NCBI RefSeq assembly: GCF_021287045.1
Contig: NZ_JAJTBG010000007.1
Span: 84,340-148,339, forward strand
Source: Oryzomicrobium sp.
Lineage (GTDB): Bacteria; Pseudomonadota; Gammaproteobacteria; Burkholderiales; Rhodocyclaceae
Length of the DNA: 64,000 nt
Direction of reading: 5' to 3'
Every line of letters starts with the position of its first letter. Within the stretch, counting starts at the first letter, position 1. Below the pieces are notes generated by a model that searched no databases, was not told the origin of the DNA, and was given only the letters and a program-made list of their open reading frames with translations. Position numbers and translations under genes: made by a program. Of this stretch, positions 50,403 to 59,565 are shown piece by piece.

Positions 50403-51495
50403 TCCGAAATCCCACCGTGCCGCACCCGTTGCCCACGTCGCCCACCCCGTCAGTGCCGCATCCAACGGGCGGTTGCGCTTCGCCGTCATCGGCGGCGGCG
50501 CCGTGGGCCTGTACATGGCGGCCCGGCTGGGCCTGTCCGGCCAGGACGTCATCCTGGCGGTGCGCCCCGGCCGCCCCCTGGCCGCCGTGGCGGTGGACGA
50601 GGAGGGCGAGCACGCCCTGGCCCCCGAGGTGGCGGTGCGCTCGGTGAGCGAACCGCCGGCCCCGGACGAGGCGCCGGACGTGCTGATCGCCGCCCTCAAG
50701 GCCCACCAACTGTCCGACGCCCTGCCCGACCTGCTGCCCTGGATCGGTCCCCGCACCCAACTGCTGCTGCCCCAGAACGGCATCCCCTGGTGGTATTTCC
50801 AGGGCGAGGCCGGCCCCCACAACGGCCGCGCCGTCCAGGCTGCCGACCCGGGGGGGAATCTGGCGGCGGCCCTGCCCGTGGCGCGGGTGATCGGCTGCGT
50901 GGTGCACAAGTCCATGGAGCGCCTGGCCGGGCATCAGGTGCGGGCGGTGCGCGCCGCCGGCGACCGTTTCGTCCTTGGCCGTCCCGGGGGCTTTGCCGGC
51001 GGGGTTCCGGACCCGGAGTTGCTGGCGGTGGCCGAAGCCTTCTCCGCCGCCGGCCTGCCGCCGGAGGTGACCGACCGGCTGCGCGACGCGGTGTGGGACA
51101 AGCTGCTCGGCAACGCCGTGCTCAATCCCCTGAGCGCCCTGACCCGGGCCGACATGGCCTCCCTGTGCGGTTACCCGCCGACCCAGGCGCTGATCCTGGC
51201 GGCCATGACCGAGGTGCGCAACGTGGCCCGGGCCTACGGCGCCGGCCATGGCCCCGGGGCCGACCCGGCGGCCCGCCTGGCGCGCAGCGCCGCGGTGGGC
51301 GCCCGGGGCGTGGTGCGCACCTCCATGCTCCAGGACCTGCTCGCCGGCCGTCCCCTGGAGGTGGCACCCCTGGTCGGCGCGGTGGTGGAACTGGCCGGCC
51401 TGGCCGGCGTGCCGGTGCCCCACCTGGAAACCCTCAATGCCGCCGCCGGCCTGCTTTCCCTCCGCCTCCAGGCGGAGCGGGAGGCCCAGGACTGA
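50392..51495 (+). CDS. 2-dehydropantoate 2-reductase (ApbA/PanE) family oxidoreductase
   Basis: Rossmann motif FAVIGGGAVGLYMA, LKAHQL, QNGIPWWYF and a C-terminal WDKLLGNAVLNPLSAL helix domain. Overlaps the previous stop by 11 nt. Confidence 0.8.
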   Translation: MPTDPKSHRAAPVAHVAHPVSAASNGRLRFAVIGGGAVGLYMAARLGLSGQDVILAVRPGRPLAAVAVDEEGEHALAPEVAVRSVSEPPAPDEAPDVLIAALKAHQLSDALPDLLPWIGPRTQLLLPQNGIPWWYFQGEAGPHNGRAVQAADPGGNLAAALPVARVIGCVVHKSMERLAGHQVRAVRAAGDRFVLGRPGGFAGGVPDPELLAVAEAFSAAGLPPEVTDRLRDAVWDKLLGNAVLNPLSALTRADMASLCGYPPTQALILAAMTEVRNVARAYGAGHGPGADPAARLARSAAVGARGVVRTSMLQDLLAGRPLEVAPLVGAVVELAGLAGVPVPHLETLNAAAGLLSLRLQAEREAQD

Positions 51496-51556
51496 CCTCG
51501 TTTCCCCTTATCCCTCTTCGCCCCCATTTCCCTTCCTGCCTTTGTCCGAGAACGCC

Positions 51557-52162
51557 ATGAGCCAGTCCAACCAAGCGAGCCAAACCAACCAACCCAATCA
51601 AAAACTGCTCACCTTCGTGCGGGGCCTGTCGGCCCTGCTCCACGCCAATCCAGCCGAGCCGCGCATCCTGGAAGAGGGGGGCCAGTTGCTCGCCCGCCTG
51701 GTAGCCCAGGACGACTGGCTGCCCGAAGCCTTTGCCGCGCCCCATCCCACCTACTACCAGCAGTACCTGCTCTACGCCGACCCCTTCGACCGCTTCTCGG
51801 TGGTCAGCTTCGTCTGGGGGCCGGGGCAGAAGACCCCGGTGCACGACCACACCGTGTGGGGCCTGGTGGGCGGCCTGCGCGGCCGGGAACGGGCCACCGA
51901 CTACGTGCGCCAGGCCGACGGCTCTTTCGTCGTGAGCGGTTCCAGCGTGCTGCTGCCCGGCCAGGTGACCGCCGTGTCGCCCCGCATAGGCGACGTGCAT
52001 GAGGTGGCCAACGACCTGGCCGACCAGGCGTCGATCAGCATCCACGTCTATGGCGGCAACATCGGCCGCATCGACCGCCACGTCTTCGACCCGGCCACTG
52101 GGGCGGCCAAGTCCTTCGTCTCCGGGTACGCCAGCGCCCTCGTCCCCAATTTGTGGAGTTGA
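51557..52162 (+). CDS. cysteine dioxygenase type I-like cupin (thiol dioxygenase)
   Basis: 201 aa. FSVVSFVWGPGQKTPVHDHTVWGLVGGLRG...GDVHEV...ISIHVYGGN fits the bacterial CDO/3-mercaptopropionate dioxygenase-type cupin pattern. Confidence 0.75.
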   Translation: MSQSNQASQTNQPNQKLLTFVRGLSALLHANPAEPRILEEGGQLLARLVAQDDWLPEAFAAPHPTYYQQYLLYADPFDRFSVVSFVWGPGQKTPVHDHTVWGLVGGLRGRERATDYVRQADGSFVVSGSSVLLPGQVTAVSPRIGDVHEVANDLADQASISIHVYGGNIGRIDRHVFDPATGAAKSFVSGYASALVPNLWS

Positions 52163-52169
52163 TGCGCCG

Positions 52170-53783
52170 ATGAGTATTCAGCCTGCCCTGCCCGTGCGCA
52201 CCTACGCCGAGGTGCGCGCTGCCCTGCTGGAAAAGCGCGAGATCGCGCTCCTCGACGTGCGCGAGGAAGATCCTCACGCCCAGGCCCATCCCCTGTTCGC
52301 CGCCAACCTGCCGTTGGCGCGCATCGAGCTGGATGCCTACGCCAAGCTGCCCCGGCGCGACGTGGCCATCGCCGTGCTCGACGACGACGGCGCGCCGGGC
52401 GGCCCGGCCGACACCGCCGCCCGGCGCCTGATCGCCCTGGGCTATTCGAACGTGGCCCTGTTTGCCGACGGGCTGGCTGGCTGGGTGGCCGCCGGCGGCG
52501 AGGTGTTCCGCGACGTGAACGTGCCGAGCAAGGCCTTTGGCGAGCTGGTGGAGGCCGAGCGCCACACGCCGTCCCTGGCCGCCGAGGAGGTCCAGGCCCT
52601 GATCGACGCCGGAGCCGACGTGGTGATCGTGGATGCCCGCCGCTTCGACGAGTACCAGACCATGAGCATCCCCACCGCCACCAGCGTGCCCGGGGCCGAG
52701 CTGGTGCTGCGGGTGCCCACCCTGGCGCCCCGGCCCGAGACCCGGGTGATCGTCAATTGTGCCGGCCGCACCCGCAGCATCATCGGCACCCAGTCCCTGG
52801 TAAATGCCGGCATCCCCAACCCGGTGGCGGCCCTGCGCAACGGCACCATCGGCTGGACCCTGGCCGGCCAGACCCTGGACAAGGGCCAGGGCCGGCGCTT
52901 CCCCGCCGTGTCCGGCGCCGCCCGGGACGAGGCGGCCACCCGGGCCCGCCGGGTGGCCGACCGGGCCGGGGTGGCCCGCGCTTCTCCGGCCGACCTGGAA
53001 CGCTGGCGCGGCGAGACCGGCCGCACCACCTACCTGTTCGACGTGCGTACTCCGGAGGAATACGCCGCCGGCCACCTGCCGGGCTTCCGTTCCACTCCGG
53101 GTGGCCAACTGGTGCAGGAGACCGAAATGGTGGCCCCGGTGCGCGGCGCCCGCCTGGTGCTGGTGGACGACGACGGCGCCCGGGCCAACATGAGCGCTTC
53201 CTGGCTGGCCCAGATGGGCTGGGAGGTGGCGGTGCTCGACGGCGTGCCGCCGGCCTCCTTCAGCGAACGCGGCCCGTGGCAGGCGCCCCTGCCGGCCCTG
53301 CCCGAAGTTGCCGCCGTGACGCCGGCGGCCCTGGCCGACTGGCTCGCCACCCCGGCCAGGGCGGTGGTGGTGGATGTGTCCCCCGGCATCGTCTACCGCC
53401 GCGCCCACGTGCCGGGGGCCTGGTTCGCGTTGCGTTCCGATCTGGCCGCCGCCGTGGCCAGGCTGCCGGCCGCCGCCCGCTACGTGGTGGCCGGCGACGG
53501 CACCCTGGACGACGGCCTGGCCCGCCTGGCGGCGGCGGAGCTGGCGGCCCTGGTGGAGGGCGAGGTGGCCGTGCTGGCCGGCGGCACCCCGGCCTGGGCC
53601 GCCGCCGGCAATCCCACCGTCGGCGGCGAGGAGCATCTAGCTTCGGAACCCATCGACCGTTACCGGCGCCCCTACGAGGGTACCGACAACCCCCGGGAGG
53701 CGATGCAGGGCTACCTGGATTGGGAATTCGGCCTGGTGGCCCAGCTCGGCCGCGACGGAACCCACGGTTTCAGGGTGATTTAG
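52170..53783 (+). CDS. multi-domain rhodanese (sulfurtransferase) protein
   Basis: 537 aa. Several rhodanese modules, one with the active-site loop VNCAGRTRS. Commonly paired with CDO-like genes. Confidence 0.8.
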   Translation: MSIQPALPVRTYAEVRAALLEKREIALLDVREEDPHAQAHPLFAANLPLARIELDAYAKLPRRDVAIAVLDDDGAPGGPADTAARRLIALGYSNVALFADGLAGWVAAGGEVFRDVNVPSKAFGELVEAERHTPSLAAEEVQALIDAGADVVIVDARRFDEYQTMSIPTATSVPGAELVLRVPTLAPRPETRVIVNCAGRTRSIIGTQSLVNAGIPNPVAALRNGTIGWTLAGQTLDKGQGRRFPAVSGAARDEAATRARRVADRAGVARASPADLERWRGETGRTTYLFDVRTPEEYAAGHLPGFRSTPGGQLVQETEMVAPVRGARLVLVDDDGARANMSASWLAQMGWEVAVLDGVPPASFSERGPWQAPLPALPEVAAVTPAALADWLATPARAVVVDVSPGIVYRRAHVPGAWFALRSDLAAAVARLPAAARYVVAGDGTLDDGLARLAAAELAALVEGEVAVLAGGTPAWAAAGNPTVGGEEHLASEPIDRYRRPYEGTDNPREAMQGYLDWEFGLVAQLGRDGTHGFRVI

Positions 53784-54341
53784 GTCCTTGCCGCCCACCC
53801 TGCCGATGAGGGCCGTCGGCGGGGAAAAATCGGCGCCTGAATAGGGCTTCTGACCGTTATCTGACGTGCTGCAAAAAACACCCCGGACGCCCCAAGGCGC
53901 CGGGGTGTCGTCGTTTTCCGAAGGCCGTTTTTGCGCACCGTTTTGGCGGCCGGCGGCGGGCCGGATTTATTACGACGGCGTTACCCGTGCTGGCGATAAG
54001 GCTTTGTCCCGTTAGGGGATTTTTAAGTTTTGTCAAAGTTGCCCCGCTGGTGGCAAGGGTACCTTCCTTCCCGCGGTGGATATGAATCCGGCAAGGCCTG
54101 CTCCCAGGTAATAGGGGTCGGGAGCTCTTGAGCCGGTCGTTCCGAAGGGGAGGTTCGGAGCCGTCGCCACATCGGGTTGTTGATCGGTTGGCGCAGCAGT
54201 TCGCTCACGGGCGAGGCTGTGCGTGGCAGCGACACCTGGGTATGCCGTGGTCCTTCACGGCAGCCCACTCTCCGCGGGGCCGGTCCCGTGCGCCTTGGCG
54301 CCGGTCAGGTTCGTGTCCCCCTTTTCAGGAGAGTGAGAACC

Positions 54342-56039
54342 ATGACCAAGAAGACCATTAGCAAGCGCCACTGGGTAATCGGGGGGGCATTCGCCCTGGC
54401 GGCCCTGCCGTTCGCCGTGGGCAATGCCCTTGCCCAGGCATCCGGCTCCGCCGGGCCGGAACTGACTGCGGCCGAGAAGGAACAGGCCAAGAAGATTTAC
54501 TTCGAGCGCTGCGCCGGCTGCCACGGCGTGCTGCGCAAGGGCGCCACGGGCAAGAACCTTGAGCCGCACTGGACCAAGAAGCTGCCCGACGGCTCCAATC
54601 AGGAAGGGGGCACCACCAAGCTCGGCACCGGCCGTCTGGAGAAGATCATCTCCTACGGCACCGAGGGCGGCATGGTGAACTTCGACGACATCCTGTCCAA
54701 GGATGAGATCAACCTGATGGCCCGCTACATCCAGACCACTCCGGACGTGCCGCCGGAGTTCTCCATGAAGGACATGGAGGCGACCTGGAAGCTGATTGTT
54801 CCGGTGGACCAGCGGCCCAAGAAGCAGATGAACAAGCTGAATCTGCAGAAGGTCATGTCGGTCACCCTGCGCGACACCGGCGAGGTGGCGCTGATCGACG
54901 GCGACACCAAGGAAATCAGCAGCATCGTCAAGACCGGCTATGCGGTGCACATCTCCCGTGTTTCCGCCTCCGGCCGTTACGTGTATGTGATCGGCCGCGA
55001 CGGTCGTCTGTCCCTGATCGACCTGTGGATGGAGAAGCCGGCAGTGGTGGCCGAGGTCAAGGTGGCCTACGACGCCCGTTCGGTGGATACCTCCAAGTTC
55101 AAGGGCTTCGAGGACAAGTACGCCATCGCCGGCGGCTACTGGCCGCCCCAGTACGCCATCATGGACGGCGCCACCCTCAAGCCGATCAAGATCGTCAGCA
55201 CCCGCGGCATGACCGTGGACGGCGAGTACCACCCGGAACCCCGCGTGGCTTCCATCGTCGCCTCCATGACCAAGCCCGAGTGGGTGGTGAACATCAAGGA
55301 GACCGGCCAGATCAAGCTGGTGGATTACTCCGACATCAACAACCTCAAGGAAACCACCATCGAGTCCGCCAAGTTCCTGCACGACGGCGGCTGGGATGCG
55401 TCCAAGCGCTACTTCCTGGTGGCCGCCAACGCCTCCAACAAGGTGGCGGTGGTCGATACCAAGGAAGGCAAGCTGGCGGCCCTGGTGCCCACGGCCAAGA
55501 TCCCCCACCCGGGTCGCGGCGCCAACTTCGTCCATCCCCAGTTCGGTCCGGTGTGGGCCACCGGCCACCTGGGCGCCGACGTGATCTCCCTGATCGGCAC
55601 CGACCCGGCCAAGCACAAGGCCAACGCCTGGAAGGTGGTGCAGGAGGTCAAGAACACCGGCTCCGGCAACCTGTTCGTCAAGACCCATCCCAAGTCCAAG
55701 CACCTGTGGGCCGACGCGCCGCAGAACCCGGAACGGGAAGTGGCCGAGTCGGTGGCGGTGTGGAACATCAGCGACCTGTCCAAGCCGACCAAGATCCTCA
55801 ACGTGGCCAAGGACTCCGGCCTGCCGGAAACCAAGGCCATCCGCCGCGCCGTGCATCCCGAGTACAGCGCCGACGGCACCGAGGTGTGGATCTCCCTGTG
55901 GGGCGGCAAGGCCGACCAGTCGGCCATCGTGGTGTATGACGACAAGACCCTGACCGTGAAGAAGGTGATCACCGATCCGAAGATGATCACCCCCACCGGC
56001 AAGTTCAACATCCTCAACACCCAGCACGACGTGTACTAA
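54342..56039 (+). CDS. nirS: cytochrome cd1 nitrite reductase
   Basis: ATG 54342 after GGAGAG. Signal peptide, haem c site CAGCHG, then a d1 beta-propeller (VTLRDTGEVALIDGDTKEI...GYAVHISRVSASGRYVYVIGRDG...HPGRGANFVHP). Confidence 0.95.
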   Translation: MTKKTISKRHWVIGGAFALAALPFAVGNALAQASGSAGPELTAAEKEQAKKIYFERCAGCHGVLRKGATGKNLEPHWTKKLPDGSNQEGGTTKLGTGRLEKIISYGTEGGMVNFDDILSKDEINLMARYIQTTPDVPPEFSMKDMEATWKLIVPVDQRPKKQMNKLNLQKVMSVTLRDTGEVALIDGDTKEISSIVKTGYAVHISRVSASGRYVYVIGRDGRLSLIDLWMEKPAVVAEVKVAYDARSVDTSKFKGFEDKYAIAGGYWPPQYAIMDGATLKPIKIVSTRGMTVDGEYHPEPRVASIVASMTKPEWVVNIKETGQIKLVDYSDINNLKETTIESAKFLHDGGWDASKRYFLVAANASNKVAVVDTKEGKLAALVPTAKIPHPGRGANFVHPQFGPVWATGHLGADVISLIGTDPAKHKANAWKVVQEVKNTGSGNLFVKTHPKSKHLWADAPQNPEREVAESVAVWNISDLSKPTKILNVAKDSGLPETKAIRRAVHPEYSADGTEVWISLWGGKADQSAIVVYDDKTLTVKKVITDPKMITPTGKFNILNTQHDVY

Positions 56040-56053
56040 GCGCCGCGCGCATC

Positions 56054-56087
56054 GGCCTCCCGGGCGCCCGTCGCGGCCCGGGAGGCC
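56054..56087 (+). other. intercistronic GC-rich stem-loop between nirS and nirT
   Basis: GGCCTCCCGGG-12 nt-CCCGGGAGGCC with no T-tract. Possibly an mRNA-stabilising or partial-termination element. Confidence 0.4.
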
Positions 56088-56186
56088 GTGCGGTGCCGTA
56101 CCGGACCGGCGGCGGATTCGCCCGCCGCCCTCTCCAGAATTCCGCCCGGCCGGGCGCAGAACCCGGCGGGCTCAGGTGGGATCGCC

Positions 56187-56810
56187 ATGCCCGAACACAC
56201 TCCCGATCAATCCCCGGCCCCCCGGGAGGGCCTGTTCCGCCGCCTTTGCGGCTGCCTTTGCAAACCCAGCGCCAAGTATTCGGTGCTCGCCCTGCTTTCC
56301 GTCGGCGTCGTCTCCGGCATCATCCTCTGGGGCGGCTTCAACACCGCCATGGAGGCGACCAACAAGCTGGAGTTCTGCATCTCGTGCCACGAGATGAAGG
56401 ACAACGTCTACCAGGAATACAAGCAGACCATCCACTACACCAACCGCACCGGCGTTCGCGCTACCTGCCCGGACTGCCACGTGCCCAAGGAGTGGACCTA
56501 CAAGGTGCTGCGCAAGATCCAGGCCTCCAAAGAGGTCTACGGCAAGCTGGTGGGCACCATCGACACCAAGGAAAAGTTCGAGGCCAAGCGCCTGGAGCTG
56601 GCCCGCCACGAGTGGGAACGCATGAAGAAGAGCGATTCCCGCGAATGCCGCAACTGCCACAGCTTCCAGGGCATGAACGCCGATTCCCAGAAGCAGCGCG
56701 CGCGCAAGCAGCACGAGCTGGCCCAGCAGGACGGCGGCACCTGCATCGACTGCCACAAGGGCATCGCCCACCACAAACCCAAGGACATGACCGACGAGGA
56801 CGACGAGTAA
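56187..56810 (+). CDS. nirT: NapC/NirT-family membrane tetrahaem cytochrome c
   Basis: 207 aa with an N-terminal TM anchor and four CxxCH sites (CISCH, CPDCH, CRNCH, CIDCH). Directly downstream of nirS. Confidence 0.88.
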   Translation: MPEHTPDQSPAPREGLFRRLCGCLCKPSAKYSVLALLSVGVVSGIILWGGFNTAMEATNKLEFCISCHEMKDNVYQEYKQTIHYTNRTGVRATCPDCHVPKEWTYKVLRKIQASKEVYGKLVGTIDTKEKFEAKRLELARHEWERMKKSDSRECRNCHSFQGMNADSQKQRARKQHELAQQDGGTCIDCHKGIAHHKPKDMTDEDDE

Positions 56811-56904
56811 GCATCGTCCGCCAGCCCCGGGCGTCCAGGATGCCCGGGGACCGTCCGCCACCCCGGCCCCGACCCCGACACGTTTTCGCCACAGGAGAAT
56901 CCCC

Positions 56905-57789
56905 ATGACCACCGCTCTGGCCCATTTCAGCAAGCTCACCCTGGCCGCCGCCTTCGGCCTGGCCTTTGCCGCCGGCAACGCCAACGCCGCCGCTCCCGAC
57001 TGGAGCAAGGTGCCGGCCAAGAAAATCACCGTCTTCTACCCCGGCGCCTCGCCCCTCGAATGGATCATGAAGGGCAGCGAGCACGGCGGCGCCAAGGGCA
57101 TCAAGAAGGGCGAGCAGTGCATCGGCTGCCACGAGGAGGAGGTGGCCGACATCGGCAAGAAGATCGCCTCCGGCGCCCGCAACGAGCCCCGCCCGATCAA
57201 GGGCAAGGCCGGCTCGATCCCGGTCCAGGTGCAGGCCGCCCACGACGGCGCCAACCTCTACCTGCGCTTTACCTGGAAGCAGCCCGCCGGCGGCGGCGAG
57301 AAGATGGACAAGGACAACCCGGTCAAGCTGGCCTTCATGCTCGAAGACCACAAGGTGGACCTGGCCGACCAGGGCGGCTGCTGGGCCACCTGCCACGGCG
57401 ATGCGCGCACCATGCCCGACGCCAAGGACGAGAAGAAGACCAAGTACGTCAAGGATGGCAGCCTGGCTTCCGGCAAGTTCTACGACCTGATCCAGTGGAC
57501 TTCGAAAGGCAAGAGCCACGACGGCTACGTGGCCGACAAGCGGGTCATGGAAGGCGGCAAGGGCCTGGTCGAGGCCAAGGGCGAGCAGAAGGGCGACACC
57601 TGGACGGTGACCTTCACCCGCAAGCTGGCCCCGGGCGGCGAGGGCGACGTGACCCTGGTGCCGGGCAAGGCCTACAACTTCGGTTTCGCCATCCACGACG
57701 ACTACACCGTGGGCCGTTTCCACCAGGTGAGCTTCGGTTACATCCTGGGCCTCGACACCAAGGGCGACATCGTCGCCGCCAAGCAGTAA
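56905..57789 (+). CDS. periplasmic dihaem c-type cytochrome, cytochrome c-552/EB-dehydrogenase-gamma-like haem domain (NirB-like)
   Basis: Signal peptide and two CxxCH sites (CIGCH, CWATCH). LYLRFTWK...FGFAIHDD resembles the c-552/DMSO-reductase-like haem-binding domain. Position matches nirSTB of Pseudomonas stutzeri. Confidence 0.65.
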   Translation: MTTALAHFSKLTLAAAFGLAFAAGNANAAAPDWSKVPAKKITVFYPGASPLEWIMKGSEHGGAKGIKKGEQCIGCHEEEVADIGKKIASGARNEPRPIKGKAGSIPVQVQAAHDGANLYLRFTWKQPAGGGEKMDKDNPVKLAFMLEDHKVDLADQGGCWATCHGDARTMPDAKDEKKTKYVKDGSLASGKFYDLIQWTSKGKSHDGYVADKRVMEGGKGLVEAKGEQKGDTWTVTFTRKLAPGGEGDVTLVPGKAYNFGFAIHDDYTVGRFHQVSFGYILGLDTKGDIVAAKQ

Positions 57790-57826
57790 GCCGCGCTACC
57801 GCATCCTCTGCGGCTGTTGCACCCGG

Positions 57827-57873
57827 CCCCGTGGAACCCCGCGCCAGTCGCGGGGTTCCACGGGGTTTGTCTT
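57827..57873 (+). terminator. rho-independent terminator of the nirS-nirT-nirB-like unit
   Basis: CCCCGTGGAACCCCGCG-ccagt-CGCGGGGTTCCACGGGG followed by TTTGTCTT. The stem is a perfect 17 bp. Confidence 0.85.
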
Positions 57874-57893
57874 ATGCGCCGGGCCAGGCCGGA

Positions 57894-59309
57894 TCAGCGG
57901 GCCTGGAGCAGCTCGGGCACCCGCAGCAGGATGAACTCGTTGTCATCGTTCCTGCCCAGCTGGCGGCCGGCGGAGTAGGGCAGGTTGTTGTCGTTGGCGA
58001 CGACGATGCGCTCGCCGTCCACCACGTCCACATCCTCGATGGTGACGAAGGGAAAGGCGAACTTGCCGTCCTTGCCGCCCACCCGGGCCACACCCTGCGG
58101 GTCCTGGATGTCCATCAGGTCGATGTAGCCGATCTTCCGGACGAAGCCGTTGGCGTCGGCGTCCTTCAGGCTCACCTTGTAGATGCGCTTGAAGCGGGCC
58201 GGCACGTTCTGGCAATCGACCCGGGGCTGGCCGTCGCAGCCGGTTTCCGGCAGGCCCTCGCCGTTGTCGCGCTCGATGATCAGGCCGGTGTCGGCATCGA
58301 TCATGTTGAAGTCGCCGATGTTGTTGCCGTTCTGCTCCAGGGCGTACTTCCATGACCGGCCGGTCCAGGCGCGGCGGGCCACGTCGAATTCGAGGATGCG
58401 CAGGTAGTCCTTGCCATTGGCGCTCTCCCACTTCTTCTCGGCCTCGTTCCACAGGGGGCCTTCGAACAGGGGGTAGAGAAAGCGCCCGTCCTTGGACGCG
58501 GCCATGCCCTCGAAGCCCCGGGAGCGGCGCACCGGGGTGGAAAAGGCGCCGGGGGTGGCCGGGGTGGTCACCGCGTAGTGGTCCGGGGAGCGCACCACCT
58601 TGCCGTCCACCTCGGTCTCGAACACGCCCAGCACCTTGCCCTGGCGGTCGGCCTGGATCAGGTAGGGCCCCAGTTCGTCGCCGAACCAGACGTGGTCGCC
58701 GACGAACTGCATCGACTCCAGGTCGAAATCGGCCCCGGTCAGGTAGCGGGACTTGGTGCCCTCGTTGACGATCAGGAACGGCACCTTCTTGTCCGGGTCG
58801 CGCAGGAACACGGTGTTGAGGCGCTTGACCCCGCCGTGCTTCCAGTCCGGCTTGACGTGGTGGAACATCAGCATGGCGTCGGCCGAGTTGTTGCGGGCGC
58901 CGTAACCGTTGTCGGTGAGCACCCAGTAGCTGCCGTCCTTCATCGCCTTGATGCCGGAAAAACCCTGCACCGGCTGGCCGTCGAAGGGCAGGCTGATGCC
59001 GGTGGGGCGCGGCGCCTCCTTGGCCGACAGGTAGGAGGTGCCGGCGATGCTGCCCAGCCTGTCCTCGCGGCGGCCGTCCGGGCGGGTGTACTTGCCCGAG
59101 GTGCGCAGGCTCTCCGGTGCGTCCTTGGGCGGGGCGACGAAGCTGCGGGCTGGCAGGATGGCGTGGCCTTCGAGCACCGCCGGGTAGGCCGGGGCGGTTT
59201 CGGCCGCGGCCGGCAGGGCGACGGCCAGGGGCAGGGCGGCCATCAGGGCTACGGTAAGGGGGGAGCGGGCGGGGCGGCGGGCGGGGCGGCGGGCAGTGGA
59301 GCGGGCCAT
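57894..59309 (-). CDS. exported 'esterase-like activity of phytase' family beta-propeller protein
   Basis: 471 aa. Arg-rich signal (possibly Tat: RRPARRPARSPLTVALMAAL). GFSGIKAMKDGSYWVLTDNGYG, GFEGMAASKDGRFLYPLFEGPL and VVANDNNLP are motifs I associate with this family. Confidence 0.7.
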   Translation of the reverse strand: MARSTARRPARRPARSPLTVALMAALPLAVALPAAAETAPAYPAVLEGHAILPARSFVAPPKDAPESLRTSGKYTRPDGRREDRLGSIAGTSYLSAKEAPRPTGISLPFDGQPVQGFSGIKAMKDGSYWVLTDNGYGARNNSADAMLMFHHVKPDWKHGGVKRLNTVFLRDPDKKVPFLIVNEGTKSRYLTGADFDLESMQFVGDHVWFGDELGPYLIQADRQGKVLGVFETEVDGKVVRSPDHYAVTTPATPGAFSTPVRRSRGFEGMAASKDGRFLYPLFEGPLWNEAEKKWESANGKDYLRILEFDVARRAWTGRSWKYALEQNGNNIGDFNMIDADTGLIIERDNGEGLPETGCDGQPRVDCQNVPARFKRIYKVSLKDADANGFVRKIGYIDLMDIQDPQGVARVGGKDGKFAFPFVTIEDVDVVDGERIVVANDNNLPYSAGRQLGRNDDNEFILLRVPELLQAR

Positions 59310-59565
59310 GGGTTCTCCGGTGGGAGTGGAAAACCGGCAAGGCTATAAACGCCCCATGACGCTCCCATGGCTGCGGGATGACGTTTGTCTGTCAGCGGGC
59401 CGTCCGGTACCGGCATCCCGGTCCGACGATGGCCGGAAAGCCGCGCCAGTCGGGCTTCTTCACGATGCCTGGGCGGAGAGTGGCTACAGACGCCGCATCC
59501 TGAGGGCACATGCTGAAACGCCGCGACTGGCGCGGCGTTTCAGATGGTGGGGCACAGCGGAGCGG

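Noticed and set aside
53784-54341. Searched the nirS upstream region for an FNR/DNR box and a sigma-54 promoter. Considered TTGATcggtTGGCG at about 54179, TGGCAAGGGTACC at about 54050, and the 81-aa minus-strand ORF 54023..54268.
   Set aside because: Only half-sites are present, and the spacing does not fit GG-N10-GC. The ORF has no RBS or motifs. Nothing is strong enough to call.
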